A stretch of 64,000 bases of DNA from Trichodelitschia bisporula (Eukaryota): assembly GCA_010356995.1 (NCBI GenBank), contig ML996687.1, forward strand, positions 1,861,803 to 1,925,802, in the 5' to 3' direction. The notes beneath the pieces were generated by a model that saw only the letters and a list, made by a program, of their open reading frames with translations, did not search any database and was not told where the DNA came from. Position 1 is the stretch's first letter, and the number at the start of each line of letters is the position of its first letter. Positions 61,162 to 64,000 of the stretch are shown piece by piece. The position numbers and the translations under genes are program-made.

Positions 61162-63591
61162 CTAAACGTCGCCCGCAAAGGCATCATCGCTCTCAAAAGA
61201 CTCGTCAAGCGCCTCAAGATCAGCGTCATGCTCAAAAGCGTCGTCACGTGCCTTACGAGCAGCCTCCTTCTCAAGAACCTCGTCAAAAGCCATAAGCTCA
61301 GCCTCGTCCTCAAGATGCTCATCAAGTGACTTAAGAGCCTCTTCAAGCTCCTCGTCCACGGTCCAGGCACGGCCGCGGTTCGTCCCCACCGTAGCGTAGC
61401 CCCAGGTGTCGGAGGTCGTAGTCTCCCACATCCCATTGTTCACAGTGGTCTTGTCTCCGGACGAAAAAAAGGAAGATGAGAGCTCATTTGCGATCTGCGC
61501 ATCTGGGGTCGGGGTGGCATTTTCCGAAATGCCGTTCGAGCCGAGTTTAAAGCACACTTTCTTGGGAATGGTAACTCCGTTGGAACCGAAGACATGACCG
61601 TCGAAAGCGACCTCGTTGTCCGCTCCGTACGAAAGGGGGAGCTTCCGCTTGTACGCCTCCGTCGCGGTCTTGATATGCTCGTCCGCATCGACAATCGGTG
61701 GCGTGGATTCGCTGAACGTCGTGCAAGTATTCGTACCCGGAACGGAAAGTTCATCCTGAGTCTGAGCAGAGGAAGCCGTCCAGAAGGAGACCGGCTGAGA
61801 AACAGGGGCGGTATTATCGGAAGGCGCAGACCAGGGCGTGCTCGGGAAACCCGAATTGGAGAAGCTGAAGGTGGCGGTCATGCTTCCGCCGAAGCCGAAA
61901 CGGGAAGCTGGATTCGGAGAGCTCACGACATCGGATCCCGTGTTCATGCTCCCACCATAGTATAACTCGGCCCACGTGGGCGATGAGGGGGTCAGCATGC
62001 TGTATCCGGAATCGGTGATGTCCATCGGATCGCCGAAGTCCTGGCTCATTGTTTTGCTCAAATGCTCAATGGAAGGGTCGATTGCACCCGCACCCTGATT
62101 GGCACTGTTTTCATCTTCAGGAGGCGTGACAATAACCTTGATGTGCGACGCCGCGGGTGCCGTGACCATGGCTTCAACTTTCACATCACCAGCCCCAGCC
62201 GAGAAGGTGAAGGGTTTGGTAGAAGCAGAAGCAGTCTTAGCGGACTCAATGTTGAAGGTGAACCGCGGCGTCTCTCCGGCACCGGTGTCCATCCTGTCTT
62301 CTCCGAACGAGAAAGACGTCTTGCGCACTGGCTGTACATCCGGCATGAATTTGAACGCGGAAGGGTCGGCCGCCTCGATCTCCGTGCGCTTCTGGCGCTT
62401 CACGTAGCGCTCGATCGTAGCTACGAGAGGCATCATCTGATCGAAGTCCTCCGTGTCATCGGCTGGGCGAATGCGAACTGGGGAGCGCAGTCTAGGGCGG
62501 GCTTCCTCTCCGTCGCCATCATCGGTAGGAATATCGAGATCAAACTTGACGTGCTTCCTAGGTGGGCTGCGCATACGCTTCTTAGAGCGATTCTCTGCAA
62601 TGCCCCGAGCGAACCGGACAGTCTTTGGCGGTGGCTTGACAATGAGCGCAGCCTGTTCGGCGCGTTCAGCAGGGCGATGCCGGACATGCTCGGGCACATC
62701 CTGACGCATGGCAGCGCGGCGCTGCGCGCGTGTCAGAGAAGGCGAATCCATGATGCTGTTTGGCGTAAGAGATGATTGCTCAGAATAGGAGATGTGAGAG
62801 GAGGAATGAGAGCGACTGTTGTGGACAGGAGTGCACAATAGGCGTTGTGCGTGAGGGGGTGGGAGAGGCGTGTAGATGGAAGATGTGGAAGATGTTGGCA
62901 GAGAGTTGGAGAGTGGATGCTCCTTTAAAGGCGGCCTCGCTCCCAAGAGTTCATCGCAGAATAACTGCCGAGCACGGGCCCTCTTGTTTTTCCTCTTCCT
63001 CTTCTTCTTGGAGATTCCATGCTTCGCGGCGGCAGAAGGACGCGAAGCCTCCGTCCTGCGCTTGGCTTCACGTCCCATCACACCCTCACCACCCTCCTCC
63101 CCGCCCATCTCACGCCTCCGCCCACCCTCACCTCCCTCCTCTTTAACCAACCCATCTCCTCTAACCCAACCCCCCCTCATCCGCCCTCTAAGAACCCTCA
63201 CAATCTTCTCCCCCAGCACCCCACCCCCCTCATACCCCGCCAACACCCTTCCCAACTCCCCCCCCTCCATACTCTCCACCACCGCCCTCACCTCCCACCG
63301 CCTCCCCTCCCACCCCCAGCTACTAACCCGGCTCAACTCGCCCGCCGTGAAGAGCTGCTCCCGCGCCCGCATTGCTAGACTCGTTTCATCCCATGCTTGT
63401 CGCGGGGGGAGATGGGCGAGCCAGGGCCGGAGCAGCGTAGCTTGGTCAGCGGGGAAGAGGGAATGGAGGTGCGCGAGGAGACTGGCGGGGGATATGCCGC
63501 GGGCGGAGAAGTCGTGGAAGTCGTGCAGTGAGTGGAGGAGGGGTTGGTCGAAGACGATGTCCGGGGGGGGCCAGGAGGGCGGAGGAGCCAT
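61162..63591 (-). CDS. Hypothetical low-complexity protein (809-aa ORF; may be two genes)
   Basis: Long uninterrupted ORF with no recognisable domain. Internal ATG 'MDSPSLTRAQ' near 62751; acidic C-terminus. Confidence 0.55.
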   Translation of the reverse strand: MAPPPSWPPPDIVFDQPLLHSLHDFHDFSARGISPASLLAHLHSLFPADQATLLRPWLAHLPPRQAWDETSLAMRAREQLFTAGELSRVSSWGWEGRRWEVRAVVESMEGGELGRVLAGYEGGGVLGEKIVRVLRGRMRGGWVRGDGLVKEEGGEGGRRREMGGEEGGEGVMGREAKRRTEASRPSAAAKHGISKKKRKRKNKRARARQLFCDELLGARPPLKEHPLSNSLPTSSTSSIYTPLPPPHAQRLLCTPVHNSRSHSSSHISYSEQSSLTPNSIMDSPSLTRAQRRAAMRQDVPEHVRHRPAERAEQAALIVKPPPKTVRFARGIAENRSKKRMRSPPRKHVKFDLDIPTDDGDGEEARPRLRSPVRIRPADDTEDFDQMMPLVATIERYVKRQKRTEIEAADPSAFKFMPDVQPVRKTSFSFGEDRMDTGAGETPRFTFNIESAKTASASTKPFTFSAGAGDVKVEAMVTAPAASHIKVIVTPPEDENSANQGAGAIDPSIEHLSKTMSQDFGDPMDITDSGYSMLTPSSPTWAELYYGGSMNTGSDVVSSPNPASRFGFGGSMTATFSFSNSGFPSTPWSAPSDNTAPVSQPVSFWTASSAQTQDELSVPGTNTCTTFSESTPPIVDADEHIKTATEAYKRKLPLSYGADNEVAFDGHVFGSNGVTIPKKVCFKLGSNGISENATPTPDAQIANELSSSFFSSGDKTTVNNGMWETTTSDTWGYATVGTNRGRAWTVDEELEEALKSLDEHLEDEAELMAFDEVLEKEAARKARDDAFEHDADLEALDESFESDDAFAGDV

Positions 63592-64000
63592 GGGACGAGA
63601 ACAACACAGCCGCGTGGCTCATATATCGATCGATGCTAGATAAGCCGAAAGCCGTCCAGTACCGGAAGAGTCGCTTGATGCCGTTTTCCGGCACAATTGG
63701 CCCTGGAACCAGGTGAGCGTTTGCTAACAGATACGCCGGGAATATTGAACTAAAATGTCGTTCATGTCGTTCATACTTACGACTTCATGGCGGTAAATGG
63801 CTGCTTGGACTGTCGTCCCCGTTGCCCCGCAGTATTTGGGCCATGACGGCCGAGATGTGACGTCGTCCTTACCGTGCCGAGAAGTTGCGGTTCGCTGGAC
63901 TGATGTTGCGCCCCTTGGTCCGAGCGTTGGCTTAACGGGAGCGCCCGCTGGGCTGCAGTGGAGATCCCGTGAGAAGAGTTATATTTAGATGGCATGAAAT

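Overview
GC-rich, gene-dense genomic window from a filamentous ascomycete (Pezizomycotina), with short spliceosomal introns (GT..CTRAY..YAG). It holds about 25 protein-coding genes. These include a PRO1/NosA-type transcription factor (5'-truncated), mitochondrial MetRS, SAD1/USP39, CCT2, a Ser/Thr dehydratase, an M20 peptidase, IRE1, a hybrid histidine kinase, a HAD hydrolase, SDH2, MPC1, SmB, RPL11, a con-8-like gene, a DPH4-like J-protein, a CSI2-like membrane protein, a type-B carboxylesterase and an MBD4-like glycosylase. There are three intron-containing tRNA genes (Lys-CTT, Phe-GAA, Pro-CGG). Features outside the ORF track are: a 386-bp hAT-like MITE with a perfect 8-bp TSD; Tc1/mariner transposase relics forming a hairpin beside tRNA-Phe; a Ty3/gypsy integrase relic beside tRNA-Pro; a small secreted Kex2-type precursor carrying an alpha-pheromone-like CxxxxQGC peptide; a DPH4-like ORF with no usable in-frame AUG; inverted paralogous segments flanking a three-gene block; two small Myb/SANT-like paralogs, one frameshifted at G-runs; and a 9-nt microexon in SmB. 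All family calls come from recognising motifs by eye; no searches were run.
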